From assembly GCA_944392815.1 (NCBI GenBank), contig CALXXY010000002.1, positions 32,001 to 96,000 of the forward strand: DNA of 64,000 nt, given 5' to 3'. This stretch comes from an uncultured Alphaproteobacteria bacterium. GTDB lineage: Bacteria > Pseudomonadota > Alphaproteobacteria > Rs-D84. The notes beneath the pieces are model-generated. The model had not been told where the DNA came from and searched no databases. It saw only the letters and a program-made list of their open reading frames with translations. This document shows positions 39,189 through 48,831 of this stretch, in pieces (position 1 is the first letter of the stretch; each line of letters begins with the position of its first letter). A program made the position numbers and the translations under genes.

Positions 39189-39513
39189 ATTGTTCCTCCT
39201 TTCCTTCCCTTCAAAGAGTTCCGTCAAATGCGTCAGAGTATAAAAATCACCTGCACATAAACGCTAAATTTTACTTCGGCATGCACCTATCATAAAAATT
39301 TAGTGTTTATGTTAGTCCTACTTTTAAACCCCTCTCGCTTTCTTGGTGATTGATGTGACATCAATCGTTTTGGATACGTCAAATAAGTTAAATGATAATT
39401 TCCTGTTTGCAATCAATTCTTGGTCAAATTCAAAACATTTATTTTTTGACAACGATTCGTTTTTTTCCCTGTTTTCCGCGCTTTGTATATACAATGTATA
39501 TACATCTATTTTT

Positions 39514-40542
39514 TTATGCGCGCACATAACCGCCGTCAACTTTGCGCACTAAACCCCGCAATTCCAGCACAACCAATTCTGCTTTTATTTCCGAAACAGA
39601 TTTTTTGACAATTTCTGACAATACAGATTCAGACACAGGAATTATTCCCAACGCGTCCAAAACAGAATTTTCAGATGTTAAATTTTTTTCATTTTTTTGT
39701 AATTTTGATGAATTTTTTTCTGTGCTGAAAAAATCTGTAATGCCACAACACAATTTTGCAGCCCCAGTTTTTATCAACGAATTCGGCCCAGCCGCCCGGG
39801 AATCCAACGGGTGCGACGGAATCGCCCAAATTTCGCGCCCCGATTCGATTGCGAATCGGGCGGTTGTCATACTGCCAGATTTTAAATCGGCCTCGCCCAA
39901 TATCAATTTGTTGGCGATTCCGGCAATCCATCTGTTCCGTATAACAAAATGTTGCGCCAATGGCGCGGCACCCACAGGCATTTCGCTGACCACGGCCCCG
40001 CGCGCCACAATTTCCCAATACAGCGATTCGTTTTCGACCGGCCATATATTATCCACCCCGCCCGCCAATACGGCGATTGTCTGGGCGTCACCCGCCGCAC
40101 GCAATGCCCCCCGATGTGCCGCAGTATCAGTTCCCATCGCCATACCAGATACAACCGCCACACCATGCGCGGCAAATCCATTTCCCAATTCAGACGCGAT
40201 TCGTATTCCAGCCGCGGTCGCATGACGTGTCCCCACTATTCCAACCGTTGGCCGCGATAATACGTCAACATTTCCACGCACACTTAACACAGGCGGGTGA
40301 TTTTTTATTTCCCGCAGCGCCGCGGGATATTGTTCCATATCATCACATATATAATATATACCCAACCTTTGGGCGGTATCCATTTCACGCATAACCGAAT
40401 CGCGAATCGCCACGTTTGATTGCAACGTTTCTGCAGCCGCCGCCACCCCACCAAATTTTTGAATTAAATCATTATATTTCGACGGTCCAATCCCAGGCGT
40501 GCGTAAAATCAACAACCGATTAAATAAATCTTCTGTATTCAT
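39514..40542 (-). CDS. dprA: DNA-processing protein DprA
   Basis: PGIGP, IVGTR, VSGMA.G.D..AH.GAL, RNR.IAG, SGS..TA..A...GR, C-terminal winged helix. Confidence 0.96.
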   Translation of the reverse strand: MNTEDLFNRLLILRTPGIGPSKYNDLIQKFGGVAAAAETLQSNVAIRDSVMREMDTAQRLGIYYICDDMEQYPAALREIKNHPPVLSVRGNVDVLSRPTVGIVGTRHATAAGIRIASELGNGFAAHGVAVVSGMAMGTDTAAHRGALRAAGDAQTIAVLAGGVDNIWPVENESLYWEIVARGAVVSEMPVGAAPLAQHFVIRNRWIAGIANKLILGEADLKSGSMTTARFAIESGREIWAIPSHPLDSRAAGPNSLIKTGAAKLCCGITDFFSTEKNSSKLQKNEKNLTSENSVLDALGIIPVSESVLSEIVKKSVSEIKAELVVLELRGLVRKVDGGYVRA

Positions 40543-40591
40543 GGCAACACTATAAAAAATTACCCATATATATTAAAAGTACTATTTTAAT

Positions 40592-40618
40592 AAAAAATCC
40601 CGCGATGTGTCGCGGGAT
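40592..40618 (-). terminator. Terminator (AAAATCCCGC family)
   Basis: AAAAAATCCCGCGA-TGTG-TCGCGGGAT. Confidence 0.7.
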
Positions 40619-40637
40619 AAATCTCATTCGCACAATT

Positions 40638-41543
40638 TTATTTCGCTGTATTTAACAGCAATTCAAAATTGTACTGACTGCATTCTGCCGGTTTTCCATC
40701 ACCCTGCCACTTGTCACACGCGTCCTGCAAATCTTTCAGCGCACTGATAAACTTGTTAAATTGTGCAGAATCCTGATTACGCAACGCGCGCAGTTGCGCT
40801 TCTAACTGTGCATCGCTGCCCTCGGCATATTGTTTTTGCCCCATAACATCGCCGCCAATCAGACGATTTCCAAACAATTCCATGGCACCAACCCCAACGC
40901 CAACACCACCAACAACACCACCAACAGTCGCCCATGTGCGCCCCGAACGTTTGGCGTCCAAAATACGTTGCCGCAGAACATCTGCATCGGCCCAACTGCC
41001 ACAGGTAATAGTTTGCCCCATTTGATAATAACGTGTTGGAACATCGGACACATCGATTCTGGCATCAGACGAGGTCACCCCAACCAACACAAAACAAACG
41101 TTGTTTTCAGGATTATTAACATCTTCGACCATGGTTGCGTAATTAGACGTATTGCTGTACCGCGACGCCCAAACAAAGGTATTACCAACCCCGATATTAT
41201 TACTTAAACATGCCTGTTTTTGGCGTTCAATTTCGGCCAACACATCGTCATTATCATCGCCGCCGGTACCGCCCTGATTATCATCGCCGGTATTTCCAGA
41301 ATCGCCACCGCCCGACACACCACTATAATCCGTCGCCGGCACACGCACACTGGATTTATCGACCACTGCGGCCCCAGCCCCAGCATTTGCCATATCAGAA
41401 ATTTGATTGGTTGACGCAGTTGCGCGCGGTGCACTCATCACCATCTGTGACGTCATAGACCGCCGCGATTGCCCAGCGGACGTCACCGCCATCGCCGGCA
41501 CAGTTATCAAACAAATCGCAACCCAGGAAATTAATTTTTTCAT
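40638..41543 (-). CDS. Secreted hypothetical protein with glycine-zipper helix
   Basis: Signal peptide ending AMA; G/D-rich linker; paired Cys; TVGGVVGGVGVGVGAM. Confidence 0.72.
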   Translation of the reverse strand: MKKLISWVAICLITVPAMAVTSAGQSRRSMTSQMVMSAPRATASTNQISDMANAGAGAAVVDKSSVRVPATDYSGVSGGGDSGNTGDDNQGGTGGDDNDDVLAEIERQKQACLSNNIGVGNTFVWASRYSNTSNYATMVEDVNNPENNVCFVLVGVTSSDARIDVSDVPTRYYQMGQTITCGSWADADVLRQRILDAKRSGRTWATVGGVVGGVGVGVGAMELFGNRLIGGDVMGQKQYAEGSDAQLEAQLRALRNQDSAQFNKFISALKDLQDACDKWQGDGKPAECSQYNFELLLNTAK

Positions 41544-41645
41544 CTCTCGTCCCCACTACACTTTATGCCATTATACCACAAAACGGGCAAAAAATAAAGA
41601 ATAAAAGCACTAAAACAACACGCCGCAAACGCGGCGCACATTAAA

Positions 41646-42254
41646 TTATTTTTTCCACTTCCATTCTATTTTGGATTCCGTCCCACGCACCAGTCGGCCG
41701 ATATTCGCCCTGTGACGCCACAAACACAGCAACGCGATTGCCAAAAACGGCCACCCAACATTTACATCTATGACAAAACCCAACACCGGCATCAGGCAAA
41801 ATGCCACCACCGCCCCCAGCGACGAATACCCCGACGACAGCGCCACAATCAGCCATTCCACACCACAAATAACAAATGCCAACGGCGACACAGACAACAA
41901 CACCCCAAACAGCGAAGATATTCCCTTGCCCCCGCGAAAACGCAACCAAACCGGATAGCAATGCCCCACAATCGCCGCAAAACCGCACCACGCAGCAAAC
42001 GCCACATCGCCCACAGCATAACCGATACAAACCGCGGCAATGGCCTTGGCCATATCCAGAATCCATGTTGCCGCCGCTAAACGCAACCCACCAACCCGCA
42101 AAACATTTGTTGCGCCAATATTACCACTGCCAACCTGGCGAATATCGCCATGACCTGTGATTTTGGTTAAAATCAACCCCATCGGAATCGATCCCAATAA
42201 ATAAGAAATTAGCAACGCACCCACCGCGATACACACAAAAGAAACTGATATCAT
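41646..42254 (-). CDS. plsY: Glycerol-3-phosphate acyltransferase PlsY
   Basis: YLLGSIP, GSGNIGATN, GH.YP.WL.F.GGKG, RHRANI.RL..GTE. Confidence 0.96.
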   Translation of the reverse strand: MISVSFVCIAVGALLISYLLGSIPMGLILTKITGHGDIRQVGSGNIGATNVLRVGGLRLAAATWILDMAKAIAAVCIGYAVGDVAFAAWCGFAAIVGHCYPVWLRFRGGKGISSLFGVLLSVSPLAFVICGVEWLIVALSSGYSSLGAVVAFCLMPVLGFVIDVNVGWPFLAIALLCLWRHRANIGRLVRGTESKIEWKWKK

Positions 42255-42327
42255 TTTATTTTTCCTTGATTTTATGTTTGTTTTCTATAAAATATCAAAA
42301 AACATTGCTAAATAAAAGGAAAATAAA

Positions 42328-42588
42328 GTGGCAAATCACAAGTCATCTAAAAAAAGAATTTTGGTTACGGAAAAGAAAAACGCCGTAAATAACTCTCGTC
42401 GCAGCGTGGTGAAAACCGCCGCAAAAAAAGTATTGGTTGCCGTTGAATCCGGCGACAAAGCCGCGGCCACAGCCGCTATGCGCAACGCAGAAAGCAAAAT
42501 CATGAAATCAGCGGGCAAAGTTATGCCGAAAAAACGTGCCGCACGCAAGATTTCACGTCTGACAAAACGCGTTGCCAAAATGGCGTAA
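42328..42588 (+). CDS. rpsT: 30S ribosomal protein S20
   Basis: ANHKSSKKRI, N..RRS..KT..KK, AARKISRL. Confidence 0.96.
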   Translation: MANHKSSKKRILVTEKKNAVNNSRRSVVKTAAKKVLVAVESGDKAAATAAMRNAESKIMKSAGKVMPKKRAARKISRLTKRVAKMA

Positions 42589-42602
42589 TAATTCAAAATT
42601 CC

Positions 42603-43192
42603 AAAAAACGGGGCCCCGCCCCGTTTTTTTATTCCGCGCTTATGCGCGGGATTTTATTACCGTCACGGGCTAAAGTTCCCCTCTGCGGAGGGGTGGCGCG
42701 CTTTGCGCGACGGGGTGGTCATTGTGGCCATTGTACCCCACCCCCCGACGGTCTGACGACCGCCACCCCCCGCCCTGGAACCACCCACGCAAACTATGTT
42801 TGCGCGGGGCCCGGTCGGCGGTGGGCATTCAGGTGCGACGATGTTCGGGCACTCTATTCCCTGTCATTCCCGCGCAGGCGGGAATAGGGTCTATTAAATT
42901 CGTATCGCAGATTTTGTAATAATAAAAACACAACACAGAATTATTTCCCCGATTAAATAACTAATAACAACCCAAGCCCTATTCCCGCCTGCGCGGGAAT
43001 GACAAGTTAAGAGAGTAAGCGCGTTTTCTTGAATGCTCTATCTCCAATGGAGGGGAACCGGGGACGCACCGTCGCGGGCTAAAGTTCCCCTCTGCGGAGG
43101 GGTGGCGCGCTTTGCGCGACGGGGTGGTCATTATCTACACTCTACACTCTACACTCTAATAAAAAACGGGGCACCGCCCCGTTTTTTATTCC
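42603..43192. repeat. Composite cluster of palindromic repeats bracketed by a duplicated terminator
   Basis: 65-bp direct repeats at 42659-42723 and 43068-43132 (1 mismatch); perfect 28-bp inverted repeat at 42862-42889 and 42977-43004 with an ATTCCC-N8-GGGAAT core; (TCTACAC)x3.5 at 43134-43158; near-identical hairpins at 42603-42635 and 43161-43192. Confidence 0.9.
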
Positions 43193-43470
43193 ATACTGTC
43201 GTCGTATACGGAATATGTTGTGCCGTTATAATTTATCTTTAATGGGCCGTCAATGCTCGTGCTCATGTTGCCATAGAACACGTCGCCGTTAATCCCAACG
43301 TGCAGTGCGCGATCTGTTTTCTTGTCACTGCGCAGATAAATCTTTTGTGAACCTATGTTCAACACGCGGCCAAAATCACCCAAATTTATAAATACGCACA
43401 AAACTGCTGTCGCTGGCGCCGATTGAACCACTGCCACCCGCGCGAAAATATTATATTTTTGTTCCGGCAA
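43186..43470 (-). pseudogene. Probable C-terminal gene remnant
   Basis: TTG start without an RBS; beta-rich, protein-like last ~55 aa (IYLRSDKKT..ALHV...VFYGNM...LKINYNGTTYSVYDDS). Confidence 0.4.
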
Positions 43471-43504
43471 AAACGAACAAAAAATCCCCCATTCGGGGGA
43501 TTTT

Positions 43505-45133
43505 TTAATTCAACGGCGCACCCCAATGTTGCTGTATGGTGCGTTCGGCGTCCATCGGGCTGACCAACACCTGGGGCGTCAAAATCACAACCAGCACATC
43601 ACGCGTGGCGGACGTTTCGCGCGACCCAGACAACGCCATAAAGTCCGGATCACCCAATCCATAACGCGTATCGTTGCTTTCCTGTTTTTCAAACCCAGAC
43701 ACAACCAGCATTTGCCCAGATTCCATAATAACCTCTTGCATGAAACTGCGTTCTTCGACCTCGGGCAATTGCAGGGTCACTTCGCCAATTGTCTGGGTTG
43801 ACATACGCAACAATTCACGCACAGACATTCTGAACAACAGCAAAATTTTGCCATTTTCCAAAACATTCGGCAACAGTTGCATTGAAAAACCTGTTTCCAA
43901 ATCGTCCTGGTCAACGGTACTGGATTCAACAGTCGTGAAATTACGCGATTCAAAACGTTTAATATATCCAGTTGTACGGGTGTTATTCACAGGCGCGACA
44001 CGATTATTACGCGTTGTCACACCAACGTTTGTCACCAAAGAAACCTTGCCCTGTTTGGCCAACGCCTGAATCAACGCGTTTGTCCCGGCCAATCCAGACA
44101 AAGACCCATTTTGAATTTGATCCTGGGTATATGCACCGTCCACAGTGCTGCTGCCCTCTTGATGGGTGGCGCCGGTCATTGCGGACACAGTATTTGACAA
44201 CACCGCGATGTTCATCGAACTGGCATCTGTATTCGACAGATTATTTTTCGGATTGGCAACGATATTCAGCCCAGACGCCGAATTAATCGCCGCGGCCAAA
44301 TTCAACCCAAACGCAGAATCGTTGGAAATCGACACCTGTAATACTTTGACATCAATTGTCACCAGTTGCGACAACCGTTTATTTTGACGAGCAATATAAT
44401 CACCCACACGTGCCAACGTTGACGGTGGCGCTGTCACAGTAATCGTGCCCAAACTGCGTGAAACTGTAAACGACGAATTATTCGCATCGCCAATGATTGT
44501 TTCCAGCGCACTTTCGATTTCGTCCCATTCCTTTAACGTGGATTCCAAAGACACCGCATTACCGTCGCTGGTTTCAACTGCTGTCTGATACGATACGTCC
44601 GTCCCCAGCGCATACAGCGTAAATGTTTTTGTTTCTGTTTCATAAAACACAATTGACGTTTTGTCATAATACCACAGCAAATCTAAATCCGTCGCGATTT
44701 GCGACAACAGCCCAGACAAACTGCCGGTATATGCAACATTAATTGTTTTCTTTAATTTTTCAGAATCTATTTGATTATCAATTTTAACCGGAATCCCAGT
44801 AATTGACGTAATATCATTTGATAATGCCGTCAACGTCACAGGCGAATTCAACAAAATCGTAATTCCCGTACTGGATTCAAATTGCGATGGCAAATTATTG
44901 CGATGCGCCAACACAGTCGACGACGCACCCAACCAAACACCTTCGGACATGGAAACAGTGTCGCCACTGGCAACCTTGGCCGGGGGATTTTTCGACATTT
45001 CAAACGCATCGTGTGCATTGATAAAATCCTGGTCCACAGATGCCGCAACCTTGGCCGATTCCTTGGTGGCGCACCCCGCAACCAGCAGTCCCAAAACGCC
45101 ACACATAAATAAATATTTCATCGGATTGGTCAT
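43505..45133 (-). CDS. Type IVb pilus secretin lipoprotein (PilN/BfpB family)
   Basis: Lipobox VAGC; W.Y....I.F...ET.TF; N..L...V.IDVKVL.V; ALAKQG.VS; LQLP....R.F.Q......GQ.LV.SGFE; VVILTP. Confidence 0.85.
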   Translation of the reverse strand: MTNPMKYLFMCGVLGLLVAGCATKESAKVAASVDQDFINAHDAFEMSKNPPAKVASGDTVSMSEGVWLGASSTVLAHRNNLPSQFESSTGITILLNSPVTLTALSNDITSITGIPVKIDNQIDSEKLKKTINVAYTGSLSGLLSQIATDLDLLWYYDKTSIVFYETETKTFTLYALGTDVSYQTAVETSDGNAVSLESTLKEWDEIESALETIIGDANNSSFTVSRSLGTITVTAPPSTLARVGDYIARQNKRLSQLVTIDVKVLQVSISNDSAFGLNLAAAINSASGLNIVANPKNNLSNTDASSMNIAVLSNTVSAMTGATHQEGSSTVDGAYTQDQIQNGSLSGLAGTNALIQALAKQGKVSLVTNVGVTTRNNRVAPVNNTRTTGYIKRFESRNFTTVESSTVDQDDLETGFSMQLLPNVLENGKILLLFRMSVRELLRMSTQTIGEVTLQLPEVEERSFMQEVIMESGQMLVVSGFEKQESNDTRYGLGDPDFMALSGSRETSATRDVLVVILTPQVLVSPMDAERTIQQHWGAPLN

Positions 45134-45167
45134 TTTTTTGTTCTCCTCGGGTCCCATGCAAATATGA

Positions 45168-46073
45168 CTATTCTTCTGTTGTTGAAATCACCAGAACACG
45201 ATTGCCCTTGTAAAATTTCGCATACGGAATTGGTGTCGCGCGCGCAAAATTACGCACCAACGCAGATGCCACATCGACAAAGCGTCCCTTGAACACAGCG
45301 CTGGCCTCTATGGGATATTCGCGCGATGTCGCCCAAACCAAATCCCAGCCCTCTTTATTACACCAATCTTGCAAAACCTGGCGCAAAGTTTGCCCATTGG
45401 CAACAACCCACGAACGCACCTGGTCGGTCAGGTTAACTGGTGCCTCGGCATCAGCAGAAATATCCACCGCAATTTCCGCATCCAGCGATTCCGCCTGCTC
45501 GTTGGCGGCGGCGATTTCTTCCTCACTCATGCCGAACTTGGCCATAAATGCCTCGTACCCATCGCGATAGTTATTACAATCCTGGCGTCCGCTGCGCGAC
45601 ACAGACAACACGGTACCCCCGTCGTCCTCCAGCATTTCACGGGACAGCAACGGCATTTCGGCGCCACTGGCACACGGGTCGTCAAACCCGGCCGGCACCT
45701 GGGATCCATGCAACATATTTGCGCCACCGGACCACCCGTTAAAATCACCGTCCGTCATGCGCCCCAGATTGAAATTATTTTCCACAACCAAATCCGCACC
45801 AATTTTTGACACAATGCGAATATTATCATCATTTTCGCCGCCCGAACATGTGCCATCATCGCACGCAATCGCAACATCAGCGTCCGACCCCGCGATTGGC
45901 CACACAGGAATTTCATTTTGAACATTCACATCAACCGTTTGCGTTTCCGTCACGATTGGGGTTGTGTCATAGTAAACCTCGGACGTGACGATTTGGGGCA
46001 ACTGTGTTTCTGCGGCAAAACAATATCCGGCCGCGGCTGCAAACATTGCGACAATTAAAAATTTGCGGAACAT
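45168..46073 (-). CDS. TcpQ-domain (PilL-like) secreted protein
   Basis: Signal peptide; C-terminal W....GQTLR..L..W....GW.LVW.....YPI.A...F.G.F; adjacent to the secretin. Confidence 0.8.
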   Translation of the reverse strand: MFRKFLIVAMFAAAAGYCFAAETQLPQIVTSEVYYDTTPIVTETQTVDVNVQNEIPVWPIAGSDADVAIACDDGTCSGGENDDNIRIVSKIGADLVVENNFNLGRMTDGDFNGWSGGANMLHGSQVPAGFDDPCASGAEMPLLSREMLEDDGGTVLSVSRSGRQDCNNYRDGYEAFMAKFGMSEEEIAAANEQAESLDAEIAVDISADAEAPVNLTDQVRSWVVANGQTLRQVLQDWCNKEGWDLVWATSREYPIEASAVFKGRFVDVASALVRNFARATPIPYAKFYKGNRVLVISTTEE

Positions 46074-46239
46074 AAAAACTTCCTTTCCTGAATGTGTTAT
46101 TACATTTATTACATATTATTATAACAACTTGACCGAATCTGTGCAAGACGAAAACGCACCCCCGCAAAAGATAAAATCGCACGAATCGGCAAAAGATGCT
46201 ATACTGAACCAGATAACAAAAAATCATATGGGGTTATAT

Positions 46240-46788
46240 ATGTCAGAAACGTTAATTATTGCCGGAATTGCCGTTGTTTTATTGATTCAATTTGTATTGC
46301 TGTATTTTGCATTTACTGCGAACACACGCATGCGCGACATATCAAAAACATTAACGTATCAGTATAACTTGATTGTAAAAATCCAATCTGTATTAAAAAA
46401 TAAATCTGCGACAAATGCCGTCGCTGAAAATTCAGAAATGATTTACCAGGATTTATTACAAAATCTGATTCCGATTATGGCGGCAATTGACATTATGCCC
46501 CGCAATACGAATGAACACCCACTGTGGCGCGCATTGGGCGGCATTATGGACGAATACGCAAAAAATCCATTTGCATTGGAAAAATTACGCAGATGTATAA
46601 AACTGGACGCGGAAATCGCCCGCAGTGTCGACAACTATATGAACCGCGCGGACGCATTTTTGCACCACTTGACGACCACAGATCCCGATGGCATACTGGC
46701 TGGGACATTTACAGACGGTCTGTTGGGGCAATCATTAACATTTTTTGCCCAGGCAAAACAACTGGCCGCACAAACAACCGAACAATAA
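46240..46788 (+). CDS. Hypothetical membrane-anchored protein
   Basis: Single N-terminal TM helix; ends 3 bp before sufB. Confidence 0.65.
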   Translation: MSETLIIAGIAVVLLIQFVLLYFAFTANTRMRDISKTLTYQYNLIVKIQSVLKNKSATNAVAENSEMIYQDLLQNLIPIMAAIDIMPRNTNEHPLWRALGGIMDEYAKNPFALEKLRRCIKLDAEIARSVDNYMNRADAFLHHLTTTDPDGILAGTFTDGLLGQSLTFFAQAKQLAAQTTEQ

Positions 46789-46791
46789 CAG

Positions 46792-48123
46792 ATGCCCAGG
46801 TTATGTGAAAAAACTATTCGTGAAATATCTGCCGCCCGTGATGAACCCGCGTGGCTGCTGGATTGGCGCATGGCGGCATTTCACGCATGGAAAAAAATGC
46901 AGGAACCACACTGGGCGGAAATTGACTATGCGCCCATTAATTACGATGAATTAAATTACTATAACGAACCACGCCCAATTGATAATTCAGACCTGCGGGA
47001 AACATATGAAAAAATGGGACTGCCGGAACGCGAACAAAACGCATTACTGGGCATGGCAACGGACACCGTCATCGACAGTCGTTCTGTTCACACATCATAC
47101 ACAGACGAATTAAACAAATTGGGCATAATATTTCTGCCGTTTTCAGACGCAGTCAAACAACACCCCGATATCGTCAAAAAATATCTGGGCACAGTCGTCC
47201 CCGCCACGGACAATTTTTTCGCGGCCCTGAACGCGGCGGTATTTTCAGACGGCACGTTTGTATACGTGCCACCAAACACAACCTGCCCCATTGATTTGGC
47301 CAGTTATTTCAGAATCGAAACGGCCAAAATCGGCCAATTTGAACGAACATTAATAATTGCGGACACTGGCGCCAAATTAAGTTATATGGAGGGCTGCAGT
47401 GCCCCCCGTCGTCCCAACCACCAATTACACAGCGGTGTTGTGGAAATCATCGCGCACGCGGGCGCAACTGTAAAATACGCCACTGTGCAAAATTGGTATG
47501 CCGGCGATTTATCCAACAAAAACAAAACATCGGGTGGCATATTAAACTTCGTCACAAAACGCGGCAAATGCGATGAAAACGCCCACCTGGATTGGACCCA
47601 GGTTGAAATTGGCGCGGCCATGACATGGAAATATCCGTCCACTGTTTTGGCGGGCAATGGCGCCCAATCTGATTTTTATTCATTGGCCATAACCCGCGGC
47701 GCGCAACAGGCCGACACAGGCACCAAAATGATTCACATTGGCGATAACACAATATCTAATATAGTATCCTATGGCGTGGCATTGGACGCATCGCGCCAAA
47801 CATTTCGCAGTTTGGTCAGTTTTACCGGTCACAACGGAAAAAACGCATCAAAATGCGACACGCGCCTGATTGGGTCAAATGCGGTGGCAAACACCCTGCC
47901 AACAATCGTGCATGGCAACGCTGATAATCAACAAAGTCACGAGGCCACCACCGGCGCCATCGACATACACCAATTACAATTTTTAATGGAATCAGGAATT
48001 GATGTCGACACAGCCACCGCCCTGATAATCGGTGCCGCGGCTGCGCCTGTTATATCACGATTACCGATGGAATTTTTGGTTGAATCAAAACAGTTAATTC
48101 AAATGGCATTGGAACGAAAATGA
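46792..48123 (+). CDS. sufB: Fe-S cluster scaffold SufB
   Basis: DNFFAALN.AVFSDG.FVYVP, GQFERTLI, Y.EGC.AP, TWKYPS, QQADTGTKMIH, CD, HEAT. Confidence 0.95.
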   Translation: MPRLCEKTIREISAARDEPAWLLDWRMAAFHAWKKMQEPHWAEIDYAPINYDELNYYNEPRPIDNSDLRETYEKMGLPEREQNALLGMATDTVIDSRSVHTSYTDELNKLGIIFLPFSDAVKQHPDIVKKYLGTVVPATDNFFAALNAAVFSDGTFVYVPPNTTCPIDLASYFRIETAKIGQFERTLIIADTGAKLSYMEGCSAPRRPNHQLHSGVVEIIAHAGATVKYATVQNWYAGDLSNKNKTSGGILNFVTKRGKCDENAHLDWTQVEIGAAMTWKYPSTVLAGNGAQSDFYSLAITRGAQQADTGTKMIHIGDNTISNIVSYGVALDASRQTFRSLVSFTGHNGKNASKCDTRLIGSNAVANTLPTIVHGNADNQQSHEATTGAIDIHQLQFLMESGIDVDTATALIIGAAAAPVISRLPMEFLVESKQLIQMALERK

Positions 48124-48812
48124 AAAAAAATTATATTTTGGAAATAAAAAATTTATCAGTGTCACTGAACGGCAAACCATTGCTGACGGACATTAATATG
48201 TCGGTCGCGCAGAATGCGCGTCATCTGTTGGCGGGCCGGAACGGTTCGGGCAAATCCACCCTGGTCGCCGCGATATCCGGCAACCCGGAATATACAGTTG
48301 ACAACGGCACTATCATTTTCGATGGCCGCGATATAACCCACGAAAACACAACCACGCGCGCATTGTTGGGGATTTTTGTCGGCGCACAAAACGTGCCCGA
48401 AATTCCGGGGTTAACGGTGCTTTCTTTCCTGAAACACAGCGCGTCTGCACACCATCATTTTAACACAGGTCGCGATTTATCCATGGGCGAATTTTTAACC
48501 CAACTGGAATCTGTACGCACAAAACTGGACATTCCCAAAGAATGGCTGAATCGCAGTATCAACGTCGGTTTTTCTGGCGGTGAACGGAAACGATTAATGT
48601 TATTACGCCTGATGATGACCAATCCAAAATTTGCAATATTGGACGAACCTGATTCCGGGGCGGACACAACTGTCCAGCGGCAAATTGTGGACACAATACG
48701 CGAAATGCACGACACAACATTTTTATTCATCAGCCACCAAAAAAACTTTACAGATTTAATTCAACCGTCGGACATTACAACTTTGTCGAATGGCAAAGTT
48801 ATGATAAAATAA
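48120..48812 (+). CDS. sufC: Fe-S cluster assembly ATPase SufC
   Basis: G.NGSGKSTL...ISG.P.Y, Q..PEIPG, R.INVGFSGGE.KR, ILDE.DSG.D. Confidence 0.92.
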   Translation: MKKNYILEIKNLSVSLNGKPLLTDINMSVAQNARHLLAGRNGSGKSTLVAAISGNPEYTVDNGTIIFDGRDITHENTTTRALLGIFVGAQNVPEIPGLTVLSFLKHSASAHHHFNTGRDLSMGEFLTQLESVRTKLDIPKEWLNRSINVGFSGGERKRLMLLRLMMTNPKFAILDEPDSGADTTVQRQIVDTIREMHDTTFLFISHQKNFTDLIQPSDITTLSNGKVMIK

Positions 48813-48831
48813 CCATAATGACATTATTTTA

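Noticed and set aside
39189-39513. oriC upstream of dnaA
   Set aside because: AT-rich, but no TTATCCACA cluster (isolated matches lie inside genes near 21213, 29471 and 36963), and by eye the C-rich + strand bias does not flip here. A computed skew plot would settle it.
42642-43242. ORFs within the repeat nest (e.g. PSRAKVPLCGGVARFARRGG twice)
   Set aside because: Translations of the 65-bp DNA repeat, not genes.
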